A DNA stretch of 59,150 nucleotides from the UHGV virus genome UHGV-0115240. One strand, written 5' to 3'. Below are positions 19,901 to 28,788 of the stretch, piece by piece. The notes under the pieces are model-generated. The model worked only from the letters and a program-made list of their open reading frames with translations. It was not told where the DNA came from and searched no databases. Source of the DNA: a virus. Position numbers and translations under genes: made by a program. The first letter of the stretch is position 1. Every line of letters starts with the position of its first letter.

Positions 19901-20083
19901 TTGTCACCGATGAAAGGTCAGAAAATTAAAGATGACCCAATCAATAAGCTTGTTCACTTTAGAATAAACGATGAGACAAATAAACAGCTTGAATTTGTTT
20001 CTCAAAAAAACAATGTGAGCAAATCAGAAGTGATAAGAAAAGGTATTGAAATTCAATACAAAGAGTTAAAAGAAAAAGAGTAA
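19901..20083 (+). CDS. Ribbon-helix-helix (CopG/Arc-like) repressor.
   Basis: INKLVHFRINDETNKQLEFVSQKNNVSKSEVIRKGIE matches the RHH beta-alpha-alpha pattern. The start codon is ambiguous (TTG 19901 or ATG 19910). Confidence 0.5.
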   Translation: MSPMKGQKIKDDPINKLVHFRINDETNKQLEFVSQKNNVSKSEVIRKGIEIQYKELKEKE

Positions 20084-20198
20084 TCGTTCCACCGACCAAA
20101 GCGACACGATTACTCCACAAAGCACACACCAAAGGAGCATGCACAATTATTGTATCTTTTTTTGGTGTAGTTGTCAAACATCGAAAGGAGATTTTTTT

Positions 20199-20441
20199 AT
20201 GGACAAATTTTTAGAAATCACATTTGAAAACCAGATACTTGCAACAAAAGACGGAGATAAATTCGTGGAATATTTCGCTCCGTTTATGGAAAAGCTGAAA
20301 GGAATTGTCAGCGCAGAACTGTATGAGGAGTTTGACGAACTGTTAAACGGTTGCGCCAATCAGAATAACATATTCTATGGCGTGCAGGGAATGAAGCTTG
20401 CTATGGGTGTTCTTGACGGAACATATCAGTTGACGGTTTAG
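20199..20441 (+). CDS. Hypothetical small protein.
   Basis: RBS AAAGGAG, then ATG. Confidence 0.4.
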   Translation: MDKFLEITFENQILATKDGDKFVEYFAPFMEKLKGIVSAELYEEFDELLNGCANQNNIFYGVQGMKLAMGVLDGTYQLTV

Positions 20442-20453
20442 GAGGTGTAGATC

Positions 20454-21371
20454 ATGAGTGATGTTATGACAGTTCGAAAGAGCTGGAATAGGAAAGATAT
20501 TACAGGACAAACATTTGGCTATTTAACTGCAATTGGATACGATCATTTTGATGGTAAGAGTAGTTATTGGAAATTTAGATGTAAATGTGGAAACACTGTT
20601 ATACGTTCTTTAAAAAAATTAAGAGAAGCGAAAACTCCTAGTTGCGGCTGTTACGCAGAAGAAATAAAAGCAGAAGCAAAAAGGAGACGTGATGAAAAAG
20701 AATCTAAAAGTAAATACTATCACGAAAATGCAAAATGCAATCGAAATCTTGAGGGAAACAAAATAGGAAAACTAAAAGTGATTAAGTTGCTTTCAGAAAA
20801 ATCTGGAATAGACGCTGAATATTTGTGCAGATGCGATTGTGGAAACGCTGTAATAAAAAAGCAGAAATACTTGATAAACACTTCTAATAATCACAGTTGT
20901 GGTTGTGGAAGAAAGAATGCTGCTTGCAGGGATAAATCAAGGAATAGATTGCTTGGTATATATAGAAATATGATTTATAGATGTTATAACAAGAACAGTT
21001 CATCTTACAAATATTATGGAGAAAAAGGAATTACGGTTAATAAGATTTGGCTCGGAGACAATGGCTTTGAAAAATTTTATCAATGGGCAATACATAATGG
21101 ATATAACGATGAATTGACGATTGATAGAATAAATCCAAACGGTAATTATACACCAGAGAATTGCAGGTGGGCTGACGCAGAAACCCAAGCTAATAACAAA
21201 ACAAACAACATTCACGTTCAATACGAAGATGAAACAATGACTTTATCAGAGTTTTGTAGAAAATTAGGATTAGATTACAAAATGTCAAGATTGATTATAC
21301 AAAATGATTGCGTTTTTTCTGGAGAATATATCGAAAAAATATTGCAGAAAAAAACAAATCCCCCCCTATAG
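20454..21371 (+). CDS. HNH homing-endonuclease-like protein with duplicated N-terminal zinc-binding modules.
   Basis: C-terminal W..GY.D.LTIDRINPNGNYTPENCRWA..Q.NN is an HNH motif. N-terminal repeats FGYLTAIG...WKFRCKCGN and YLCRCDCGN. Confidence 0.7.
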   Translation: MSDVMTVRKSWNRKDITGQTFGYLTAIGYDHFDGKSSYWKFRCKCGNTVIRSLKKLREAKTPSCGCYAEEIKAEAKRRRDEKESKSKYYHENAKCNRNLEGNKIGKLKVIKLLSEKSGIDAEYLCRCDCGNAVIKKQKYLINTSNNHSCGCGRKNAACRDKSRNRLLGIYRNMIYRCYNKNSSSYKYYGEKGITVNKIWLGDNGFEKFYQWAIHNGYNDELTIDRINPNGNYTPENCRWADAETQANNKTNNIHVQYEDETMTLSEFCRKLGLDYKMSRLIIQNDCVFSGEYIEKILQKKTNPPL

Positions 21372-21735
21372 TTAAAATTGAAGTGAAAAATGAACTAAAA
21401 AATATCGAAAATTTTATTGCAAAAATTTTTAAAGCCCCCCTATATACTTTTATGGGTCGAAATTTCAGATAAAATCCGTTGAAAATTTCACACCGATTTT
21501 GAACCGATTTTAAGGCTGGAAGTAGTGCGGAACTGCCGGAAAATTTGCGGACTTTTGGCTGCGTGGCAAGTCAGATGAACAGTCCCACGGATAGCGCGCA
21601 ACGTAACTACTACGAGCGTATTTTAGCCGTATAGGAATTTTGAAACGCAAAACGATAAAATCATAGCATAATTATAAAAACGTCTTATATCGTCAAATAT
21701 AGACTTTTGCATGGCATTTGTCAAGGTGCAACAAG

Positions 21736-21772
21736 AAAAGGCGGACAGAATCCGCCTTATTTTTTGAAAAAT
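21736..21772. terminator. Bidirectional rho-independent terminator.
   Basis: AAAAGGCGGACAGAATCCGCCTTATTTTTT. Confidence 0.6.
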
Positions 21773-21969
21773 TCATTCAGTGCATCTTGCTGCCAACTGT
21801 TGACTACTTTTTTAAAATCTTCCCCGAAAATAAATTCGAGCACTTCAAATTGCGTTTCATATCTTGCCCTTTCTTTGCTTTCGAAAATACTTTTTTCAAA
21901 AGCATTTTCAGCAAGACAGTCCGTATATACACCTTTAAAATATTCTTTGCATTCATGTAGTTTCTTCAT
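21757..21969 (-). CDS. Hypothetical small protein.
   Basis: 70-aa ORF, the last gene of the minus-strand operon. Confidence 0.4.
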   Translation of the reverse strand: MKKLHECKEYFKGVYTDCLAENAFEKSIFESKERARYETQFEVLEFIFGEDFKKVVNSWQQDALNEFFKK

Positions 21970-22065
21970 TTTATAGCTTTCTCCCCTTTTCCCTGGGGGC
22001 TAGGATCTATAATCCGCTGCACGCCCTCGAAACGCGCCGACCGCCTGAACGGATAGCGGAAGAAA

Positions 22066-22338
22066 TCAGCAATAGCAAAAATCGCCCTGAGTGCCTGTTG
22101 ATATGATCATTTTTCCGTCATTTCTGCGATATACAACGCCGCAGCCATGGTTTAATGATGACCATACAATCCACCCGGGCGGTGTTGCTTTTTCGCCGTT
22201 TTTATAGTCGTAAAAAGAATAATGCGGCTTTACGCCGTCCTTTTCTTGCTGTAAAGCGTTTTCAATAATTTCTTTTTCGGACACAACAACACAACGCCCA
22301 TCTTTTTCTCCGATCACATAGTTTTTCATTTTCTTCAC
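22066..22338 (-). CDS. Hypothetical protein.
   Basis: 90-aa ORF. Confidence 0.4.
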   Translation of the reverse strand: MKKMKNYVIGEKDGRCVVVSEKEIIENALQQEKDGVKPHYSFYDYKNGEKATPPGWIVWSSLNHGCGVVYRRNDGKMIISTGTQGDFCYC

Positions 22339-22448
22339 CTCTTAAATTTTAATAAATGGGATATATCAACCCAAAAGGCAGCCGGGGAATTGCGCCCCGG
22401 TTCGCTCTCCTGCCTAGTAATTTTTTAATTTTGAAATTTCGCCCGCTA

Positions 22449-22712
22449 TTATTTGTTGCTCCAAATAATAACGTAATCTCCAAATTTTTCGTTAATGTCT
22501 TGCACGTGGTTGTAAAACTCTTCGAATCTTTCTAGATCGTCAATGTGGATCATGTAGCGTTTTATTTCCTTGTTCGGTGCGTTGTAATTTTCGGCTTGCA
22601 TCGGATTAGAAAATAATGCTTCAACTTTTATTTTGCTTTTTCTGTCGTCCTGTGTTTTTCTGTCTATCATTGTTACAAGTGCCCAATTCATAAACTTTGT
22701 ATAGTCTTTCAT
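22449..22712 (-). CDS. Hypothetical protein.
   Basis: 87-aa ORF with RBS. Confidence 0.4.
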   Translation of the reverse strand: MKDYTKFMNWALVTMIDRKTQDDRKSKIKVEALFSNPMQAENYNAPNKEIKRYMIHIDDLERFEEFYNHVQDINEKFGDYVIIWSNK

Positions 22713-22792
22713 AATATCTTTCTCCTTTCGTTTGGCTTGTCATCATCAGCGAACAAGTTGCCGTCTTGCTCGGACGCCCGCAGGCGTTTCGA

Positions 22793-23116
22793 CTATTTTA
22801 CTTTTCTGTATATGCACCCTGTCCACGTCTGGCAGGTTGTACCTTTACAGGTTTTTCCACGTTCCAAGCAATCAAAACACATTGTATTCAGATCGCTATA
22901 ATAAATTGTTCTTGCTTCTTTCCTTTCTTCTGGTCTCATATCTAGAACCCTTTCAAACGCTCGCTTAACTGCCGGAAGAACACGCGCGCCGCTTTTTATT
23001 GCCTTTGCAAGCGTCACCATTTCGTCGGCTGTCTTGTCGTAAATGTTTGAAATGATGTTATCAAATTCTTCAGATGTGATATTTAATTCCTTTAAATCCT
23101 GTTCGTATGTTGTCAT
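22793..23116 (-). CDS. Hypothetical protein with a Cys-rich C-terminus.
   Basis: 107-aa ORF with CFDCLERGKTCKGTTCQTW. RBS AGGAGG. Confidence 0.4.
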   Translation of the reverse strand: MTTYEQDLKELNITSEEFDNIISNIYDKTADEMVTLAKAIKSGARVLPAVKRAFERVLDMRPEERKEARTIYYSDLNTMCFDCLERGKTCKGTTCQTWTGCIYRKVK

Positions 23117-23129
23117 TTTAATTTCCTCC

Positions 23130-23312
23130 TTATAATAACTCCGCCAACTGCTGAAGCTGCGAAACTGTTAAGTAGTCCATAACAACTTCGCAATCTCTGT
23201 TATATACTTCGAATTTGTCATTGTGACAGTCGGTCATATTTGCCACATAGTAACCTTTTTTATAAAGCTTTTCTTCTGCTTCTTTTATTTCATTTTTGAA
23301 AAGTTCATTCAT
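23130..23312 (-). CDS. Hypothetical small protein.
   Basis: 60-aa ORF with RBS GGAGG. Confidence 0.4.
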   Translation of the reverse strand: MNELFKNEIKEAEEKLYKKGYYVANMTDCHNDKFEVYNRDCEVVMDYLTVSQLQQLAELL

Positions 23313-23339
23313 TTTTTTAACCTCCGTTTGTTTTATTTG

Positions 23340-23730
23340 TTGATATTATAATACTCTAATATTAGAATAATGTCAATAGGAAAATACTCAAAAATTAGAA
23401 TATTTTAAAATTGACTTTTTTCTGTTTTGGTGGTATTGTTTCTATATATAAATAGAAAGAGGTGAAAGAGTTGATAAAATATAAAATTGATGTTTTTGAC
23501 GAACTAAAAAAACATGGATACAATCAGACACGCATACAAAAAGAAAGGCTTTTACCAGCACAGACGGCGCAGAATATAAAAGCAGGTAAAAGCATCACGT
23601 TAGAAACATTAAATAAGATATGCATCATGTGTAAGATGCAGCCGGGTGACATTGTTGAAGTGATTCCGACAGACGAAGAAAAAATAAAATATTATTAGAA
23701 ATTATGTTGACAATATTCTAATTATAGAAT
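23340..23730. promoter_or_regulatory. Divergent promoter and operator region with reiterated TTAGAATA / TATTCTAA half-sites.
   Basis: Copies at about 23358, 23395 and 23712-23726 flank the XRE gene. Confidence 0.45.
23462..23698 (+). CDS. XRE-family HTH regulator (Cro/CI-like).
   Basis: QTRIQKERLLPAQTAQNIKAGKSITLETLNKIC is HTH-like. Confidence 0.55.
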   Translation: MKELIKYKIDVFDELKKHGYNQTRIQKERLLPAQTAQNIKAGKSITLETLNKICIMCKMQPGDIVEVIPTDEEKIKYY

Positions 23731-23780
23731 ATAATATAATTGTCGAAAGGCAATAACCCAACAGGGAGAAAGGAGAACAC

Positions 23781-24131
23781 ATGGAAACTAGCGAATTAAA
23801 TTCGGAATCAGAAAAAAAAATAATAGAATCCTATAATAAATTTTTATCTGTCAGGGCGGTATCTAAAGACACAGGATACTCCTGGAACAGAATTGTAAAA
23901 GCGCTATCTAATAATGGATATGTTTTATCCGAAACGCACGCGGAAATATTGGAAAAATATGGGAATGGGATGGACATAGAAACAATAGCCTGCGGAATAA
24001 AAATGAACAAAAAAACAGTACAAGCATATATCCCGCGAAAAAGACCTGTATACAATGAAAATCAATCGGATAACGCCATGCGAATTAAAAAATGCAGATC
24101 GAAAAAAGAAAGGTATGAGGTGATAAAATGA
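23781..24131 (+). CDS. Hypothetical protein with a possible HTH.
   Basis: SVRAVSKDTGYSWNRIVKAL. Confidence 0.35.
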   Translation: METSELNSESEKKIIESYNKFLSVRAVSKDTGYSWNRIVKALSNNGYVLSETHAEILEKYGNGMDIETIACGIKMNKKTVQAYIPRKRPVYNENQSDNAMRIKKCRSKKERYEVIK

Positions 24132-24442
24132 AGATTTTAGTAAACGGAACGGAAAAAGAATTGATTGCAAGAGGGATGAATGGAATAGAATGGACGCAAG
24201 ATCTTTTAGGAAATCACGACGCGCTCCATTATGACGGAGATATTGATGAGTATATCATGGCAGAAGAAGAGTTTGAGTGGTGGAATCCGGTTATTGACAA
24301 ATTAAACAAAATCGAGGATTTACTAGCAGAACTCGACGAAGAGGCAAGAGCGGAATTTGACCAAGAATACTGGCCGTCTGATCTAGATGACATGGCGGAA
24401 TCAGAACTTGAATGGATAAAGAACAAAATACAAGAGCAATAA
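24128..24442 (+). CDS. Highly acidic small protein, a candidate DNA mimic or anti-defense protein.
   Basis: D/E-rich throughout: DIDEYIMAEEEFEWW...ELDEEARAEFDQEYWPSDLDDMAESELEW. Confidence 0.4.
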   Translation: MKILVNGTEKELIARGMNGIEWTQDLLGNHDALHYDGDIDEYIMAEEEFEWWNPVIDKLNKIEDLLAELDEEARAEFDQEYWPSDLDDMAESELEWIKNKIQEQ

Positions 24443-24454
24443 AGGAGGGGAAAG

Positions 24455-25297
24455 ATGGGTCCATATATAAGCCTTATTAATGCATATGATGCTTTAATCG
24501 AGAGTGGAGTGGAGATGTGCCCGATCGCACATACTTATATGACGGTGCATATTGCTGTATTGTTAAACCTAAAAGGGGAATTCCTTTGCGCAAAAATCCC
24601 GGATATTAAAGGGGAGCTTGTAAGAGTACCTTGTACGGATGAGTCTGGGCGCAGAACGAGCGGAGATTATCCGCACTTGTTGCATGATAATTTATGCTAT
24701 GTTGCTCCTTTTGGATCAAAACCAGACAGACACGAAGCATATATATCACAGCTCAGAGAATATACAAAAGCAAAGCCCGAAGACATGTATGCTACCGCGA
24801 TATATAATTACGTTAAAAACGGGGATATTTTGCATGATTTAAAAGATATAATCTCAAACTTTGACCTAAAAATGCCATTAGATAAAGCAAATGTTGCTTT
24901 TGCGGTATATGGATTAGATAACGACGGCACAGATCTATATTGGACGGAATACTATTTATCCACTCTACATAAAAACGGAATTTGTGCTGTGACTGGTGAG
25001 CCTGATTATATTCCGTCAGCTTATCCGGCTTGTATTATATCCCCATCGGGAAAAGAAAGATTTTTTTTAAAAGACTGTGGGGTAGGCTATGTTGCATCAC
25101 AAAAAATCATACACGCAATACAATACTGGGCGTATGGAGCCAAAAACGCAGCAAGAGTTAAAACGGAATCGTATATACAAGACTACATGCACGGGAAAAA
25201 AACAGAAGATGAGCTTAAACAGTGGATTGATGAGAGGTATCCGGGAAAATGGGGCGGTTTTATAAATATATTAAAAAAAGGAGAAGCAGAAAATTAG
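24455..25297 (+). CDS. Hypothetical 280-aa protein.
   Basis: ORF with RBS AAGGAGGGG. I recognise no motif. Confidence 0.4.
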   Translation: MGPYISLINAYDALIESGVEMCPIAHTYMTVHIAVLLNLKGEFLCAKIPDIKGELVRVPCTDESGRRTSGDYPHLLHDNLCYVAPFGSKPDRHEAYISQLREYTKAKPEDMYATAIYNYVKNGDILHDLKDIISNFDLKMPLDKANVAFAVYGLDNDGTDLYWTEYYLSTLHKNGICAVTGEPDYIPSAYPACIISPSGKERFFLKDCGVGYVASQKIIHAIQYWAYGAKNAARVKTESYIQDYMHGKKTEDELKQWIDERYPGKWGGFINILKKGEAEN

Positions 25298-25315
25298 CTT
25301 GTGAGTCAAAAGAAT

Positions 25316-25346
25316 TAAGCCGGTTAAATTCCGGCTTTTTCTTTTG
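25316..25346 (+). terminator. Rho-independent terminator.
   Basis: AAGCCGGttaaatTCCGGCTTTTTCTTTT. Confidence 0.6.
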
Positions 25347-25440
25347 TTTATTTTTAAATTATCTGACAATACTTTAGGGACAGAAAGTAAAATGCTATAA
25401 ACGCCGTATTTAAGGCGAGCAATTTACACACAATTAAGAA

Positions 25441-25530
25441 CAGGGAACAACTAAGGAACAGCAAAAGGAACAACGCAAACCCTTATAAACACTGGGCTTA
25501 CAAGCATTTAGGGAACAGCAAAAGGAACAG
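25441..25530. repeat. Iteron-like cluster of GGAACA motifs, about 7 copies including two GGAACAGCAAAAGGAACA units, followed by the alternating GC tract CGCGTGCGCGCGCGG.
   Basis: Counted directly from the sequence. Confidence 0.6.
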
Positions 25531-25853
25531 CCTACGCGTGCGCGCGCGGTAAGAATATATATAATAATACCTAGAAAAGAAATAAAAGAAAGAAAATATA
25601 AAAAGAAAATCGCCATCAATTAAACTTTCGGATTCTTGACTTTATCAATCAAATTGTCAAACAATTATTTTCCGCTTGACAATTATATTTTACGGGTGTA
25701 TATTAATGGCATAGAAACAGACGGCTTTTAATTTATAAAATTAAATACAATTAAATCCGCCCAATTCCCGGCGGTGTGAGAATGGATTCGGGAGATCCGC
25801 AACTATATGTTGTGGGTCTCTTTTTTATTATTAAGTGTTAGGAGGCGCAGAAG

Positions 25854-26474
25854 ATGGAGAGAGTACAGGATGCAGAGCAGACGGTAGAAGTATTCGAGAA
25901 TGATATAGATTTATATTTAAAATTATTCTGTGAAGAACAGAATATTGAAGATCTAAAAGCAGAAAGCCAAAGCGTATGGAATGCTGCCTTGATGTATGTT
26001 AAGCGCCATGTATTCCCGACATCCGATACACTTAAGTTAAAAAATAATATTATAAATAATAATAGTATTATGGACAGTACATATAATGCATATAATTATG
26101 ATTTGGTAGATAATGTATGTGATTATTATATATATCTTTGTATGAGATATGATAAAGAAGTATCAGCTATAGGGTTTAGTTTATTAACCGGAATAGATAG
26201 ATATACAATAGCAACTTGGAGAGATGGAGGGAATAAACTAAGTACGAAGAGTTCAGACATCGGCAAAAAGATTTATGATTACCGAGAGGAAAGCCTTTCT
26301 AATAAGCTAGTAACTGGCAAGCAGAACCCGGTAGGAGTGTTAGGAGTTCTTAATAGGCATTACGCTTGGAATCTTCCGGGAGTGAGCAAGGAACGAACCA
26401 GCGAAAGAGCCCTAACAGCTTCGGAATTGCCAAAACTCGGAGAGATAAAGCAGATCGGAAGCGAAAAAGATTGA
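25854..26474 (+). CDS. Hypothetical protein with an HTH-like segment. A TerS-like or regulatory role is possible.
   Basis: GFSLLTGIDRYTIATW is HTH-like. It is preceded by a leader hairpin plus T-run (25790-25830). Confidence 0.35.
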   Translation: MERVQDAEQTVEVFENDIDLYLKLFCEEQNIEDLKAESQSVWNAALMYVKRHVFPTSDTLKLKNNIINNNSIMDSTYNAYNYDLVDNVCDYYIYLCMRYDKEVSAIGFSLLTGIDRYTIATWRDGGNKLSTKSSDIGKKIYDYREESLSNKLVTGKQNPVGVLGVLNRHYAWNLPGVSKERTSERALTASELPKLGEIKQIGSEKD

Positions 26475-26550
26475 TATATTTTAACATTTTGAAATGGAGA
26501 ATAATTTAGGTTAAAATATATCATTGACATTGGTGCGAATATAATAAAAC

Positions 26551-26600
26551 ACGTATAGATGTATTTGATAAATAAGGATTTATTCGATAGATACATACGT
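26551..26600. promoter_or_regulatory. A roughly 50-bp imperfect palindrome downstream of a TTGACA/TATAAT promoter.
   Basis: ACGTATAGATGTATTTGATAAATAAGGATTTATTCGATAGATACATACGT. Confidence 0.45.
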
Positions 26601-26722
26601 TCGATAAATGTAGGACGGTACCTCCCCCTCTGTACAGGATCGCCAAAACCGCCCTACTTAGCCCCAAAAATTCCGAAATCAACAAAAAGAGGTATTCGCT
26701 AAACAAACAGGAGGTTATAGAC

Positions 26723-27055
26723 GTGGTACTAACGTTTACAGAAGAACAGGCAATCGAAATACGGAAAACCGGATTATCGGTTGTACAGTTTAAGTATTTT
26801 ATCAAGAATGGAGTTGGAACAACAACCCGTATTTTAAATGATATTAAATCGGCATTTGAGAAATTGATAAATGTTTTTGTGCGTATCAGAGATGCGTTCG
26901 GAAATATTATACATCTTATCGAGAAATCACAAGACAGATTGGAGTGCATACCGTCAGCAAGATATAAATTTGTAAAAGCTCTCGGAAATATAAGATATCG
27001 CAAATATGGTGTTTTGTCTTCAATCTGTAGATGTGTAGCGAGAAGTAATTGCTGA
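26723..27055 (+). CDS. Hypothetical protein.
   Basis: GTG start with a strong RBS CAGGAGG. The antisense 160-aa ORF is rejected. Confidence 0.45.
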   Translation: MVLTFTEEQAIEIRKTGLSVVQFKYFIKNGVGTTTRILNDIKSAFEKLINVFVRIRDAFGNIIHLIEKSQDRLECIPSARYKFVKALGNIRYRKYGVLSSICRCVARSNC

Positions 27056-27095
27056 TTTCAAAAATTTTTCAAAAAAACAAAAAGAGGTGATATAC

Positions 27096-27248
27096 ATGAA
27101 CTGTTGTTGCGGAACTTGTAAATACGGTCACTATGACAAAATGCAAGGCTATGTATGTGTGAATGGTGAAAGTGAATATGTAGCGGGTTTCGTAAGTTTT
27201 GAACACTGGTGCGAAGATTGGGAGAGTAAAAATGATGAAGATGATTAA
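27096..27248 (+). CDS. Small Cys-rich protein (50 aa).
   Basis: MNCCCGTCKYGHYDKMQGYVC...HWCEDW. RBS AAGAGGTG. Confidence 0.4.
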   Translation: MNCCCGTCKYGHYDKMQGYVCVNGESEYVAGFVSFEHWCEDWESKNDEDD

Positions 27249-27371
27249 GAGATTATTCTGTAAGCATAAACATGTTGAGCCATTATACACATACCTGGAA
27301 CAGCAGGAAGACGGATCGTGGATAACAAGGCATGTTTAGAAGTGCATAGATTGTGGAAAGGAGATTTATTA

Positions 27372-27533
27372 ATGATTAAAGGATTTTTGTTAGCGTTTAA
27401 TGTAATTTTGTTTGCACTGTTCTTGATCGGAATGATTTTTGGCTTAAAAACCAAAGAAACAGGAATGGGCTTGTTAAGTGGATCGGTCGCATTGATCATT
27501 GCATTAAATTCATTATTCATTTTAAATTCATAA
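27372..27533 (+). CDS. Small membrane protein.
   Basis: RBS GGAAAGGAG. Two hydrophobic helices. Confidence 0.4.
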   Translation: MIKGFLLAFNVILFALFLIGMIFGLKTKETGMGLLSGSVALIIALNSLFILNS

Positions 27534-27537
27534 GATT

Positions 27538-28587
27538 TTGTGAGGTGGCGGAAAAGGTAAACGCGTAGTAGTGCATATACAGGCATGTATAGAATATTAG
27601 GGTACGGTTGTAGATGACACCGAGTAAAGTCAAGACGAGAAGTTATGTCCCTAGCTTCATGTGTGGTGCAAATCCACACCCTCACAATCGCCGCAGTTTT
27701 TCTTTTTATTGTTTCATCCTTTCTCCCCATAGCGGAATGCTGTTAAGAGCTGTCAAAGGCTCGTGGGGATTAGTCAAGGAAAAGACATGAAACCCGCTTG
27801 CTAGAGCGTATAGGTAGCAGTGCAAAAGTCCGACTACTGCTTGAGGACAATAAAAAAAGAGCAGCGTCAGGGTTGCGAGTAACACGAGAGTCCGAAGAAA
27901 AATAGAAAACTCGAAAGAAATTCATTATCTGCCACTCCCGACAATTAAGCGAGGGTGCATACTAGTTGCAGAAAATGATCTTGTCTCAAACTAAAAGCCT
28001 TACAAGCGGTAATATTGGCAGTCGAATGACAGGTGTTGAGAAAACCCTATGAAGTCCTCATAGACATAAAATGGACAACCGCTCAACCGAACGCGGTATA
28101 TAAAGACATAAGGACTATACGAGAAATAGTCTGGTTTCTCTGTGTACGTTGCAGAATACATGGCAGAGAGTAAAAAGATTCAGCAAAAATCCACTCATGG
28201 TCGGTTTGAAGTCCTGCAATGCTATAAAACCGATAAAAAACTTAATCCGTAGGAGATGAGACAAGTTTCGGTGATTGCAGTAGTCCGAATACTATGGATA
28301 TTCGCTGGAAGTAATTGAGTGACTGCTTGGTGGTCGAGGGTGGTTTATAAAGTGAATTAGTGTCAAGCATGGCACGATAAAAACGAGTGAAAGCCGGGAA
28401 GACCGGCTTAAGGGAGAAAGGTCACTGTTGGTTGTGTGTCGGCGGTCTGTAAAACCGTTCCCAAGTGGTAAACACCGAAAGTTCAATTCTTTCTTCTCCC
28501 ATTTCATTTATCCAAATGGATATAATCCGGCTGGCGCAAGGTGGATTGTATAGACAAAAAGGATATCTAAGAATTGCGCCATCACGA
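27538..28587 (+). ncRNA. Candidate large structured non-coding RNA (GOLLD/ROOL-like) immediately upstream of a tRNA.
   Basis: About 1.05 kb with no credible ORF in a phage that is otherwise densely coding. GC is elevated against the surroundings. There are many local hairpins: GTGTGGtgcaaatCCACAC, GCCGGgaagaCCGGC, GTCCgactactgcttgaGGAC and TGCTAgagcgtataggTAGCA. There is also long-range complementarity, GTGAGG (27541) with CCTCAC (27679). It is adjacent to a tRNA, as is typical for GOLLD/ROOL. The strand is inferred from the tRNA. Confidence 0.5.
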
Positions 28588-28658
28588 AGCCCTATGGTGT
28601 AATGGCAGCACATGAGACTTTGACTCTCACGGAATAGGTTCAAATCCTGTTAGGGTTG
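28588..28658 (+). tRNA. tRNA-Gln (anticodon UUG).
   Basis: Manual fold. Acceptor AGCCCTA/TAGGGTT, U8, D-arm GTG..CAC with a TAATGGCAG loop, anticodon stem TGAGA/TCTCA with loop CTTTGAC (anticodon TTG), T-arm ATAGG-TTCAAAT-CCTGT, discriminator G. CCA is not encoded. Confidence 0.75.
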
Positions 28659-28788
28659 TGCGTCCTGTCCATTACCGGATATACGAGCGCATGAGGTCAC
28701 TGCCTCGGTGAAAAAATGAATGCTCGGATAGGAGCAACTGAAAATCCTAGGAAGTTGTTCTTATCCGGGAAACCTCACAGAAAGGGGA

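Noticed and set aside
25441-25530. A CRISPR array as the explanation for the GGAACA repeats.
   Set aside because: The units are 6 bp, with irregular spacing of a few bases. There are no 25-40-bp repeats with unique spacers.
26521-27003. 160-aa minus-strand ORF.
   Set aside because: The plus-strand ORF 26723-27055 has a strong RBS and fits the gene flow. The minus ORF is antisense.
27538-28587. Possibility that the ORF-free segment is an RNase P RNA, a tmRNA or a group I/II intron.
   Set aside because: AAAGTCC-like and CCGGCTTA-like strings are present but about 580 nt apart, which is too far for a roughly 400-nt type-B RNase P. No tmRNA tag-ORF or tRNA-like 3' end was found. No group II domain V or intron-encoded protein was found. 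This is kept open pending a cmsearch.
28292-28643. Two minus-strand ORFs (71 and 73 aa) inside the putative ncRNA, one overlapping the tRNA.
   Set aside because: One overlaps a tRNA gene, and both are antisense to a structured region with no RBS. They are more likely chance ORFs in GC-richer DNA.
28588-28658. The tRNA as a host attB remnant marking an integrated prophage end.
   Set aside because: Phage genes continue on both sides. The integrase and attP-like repeats are 14 kb away. It is more consistent with a phage-encoded tRNA.
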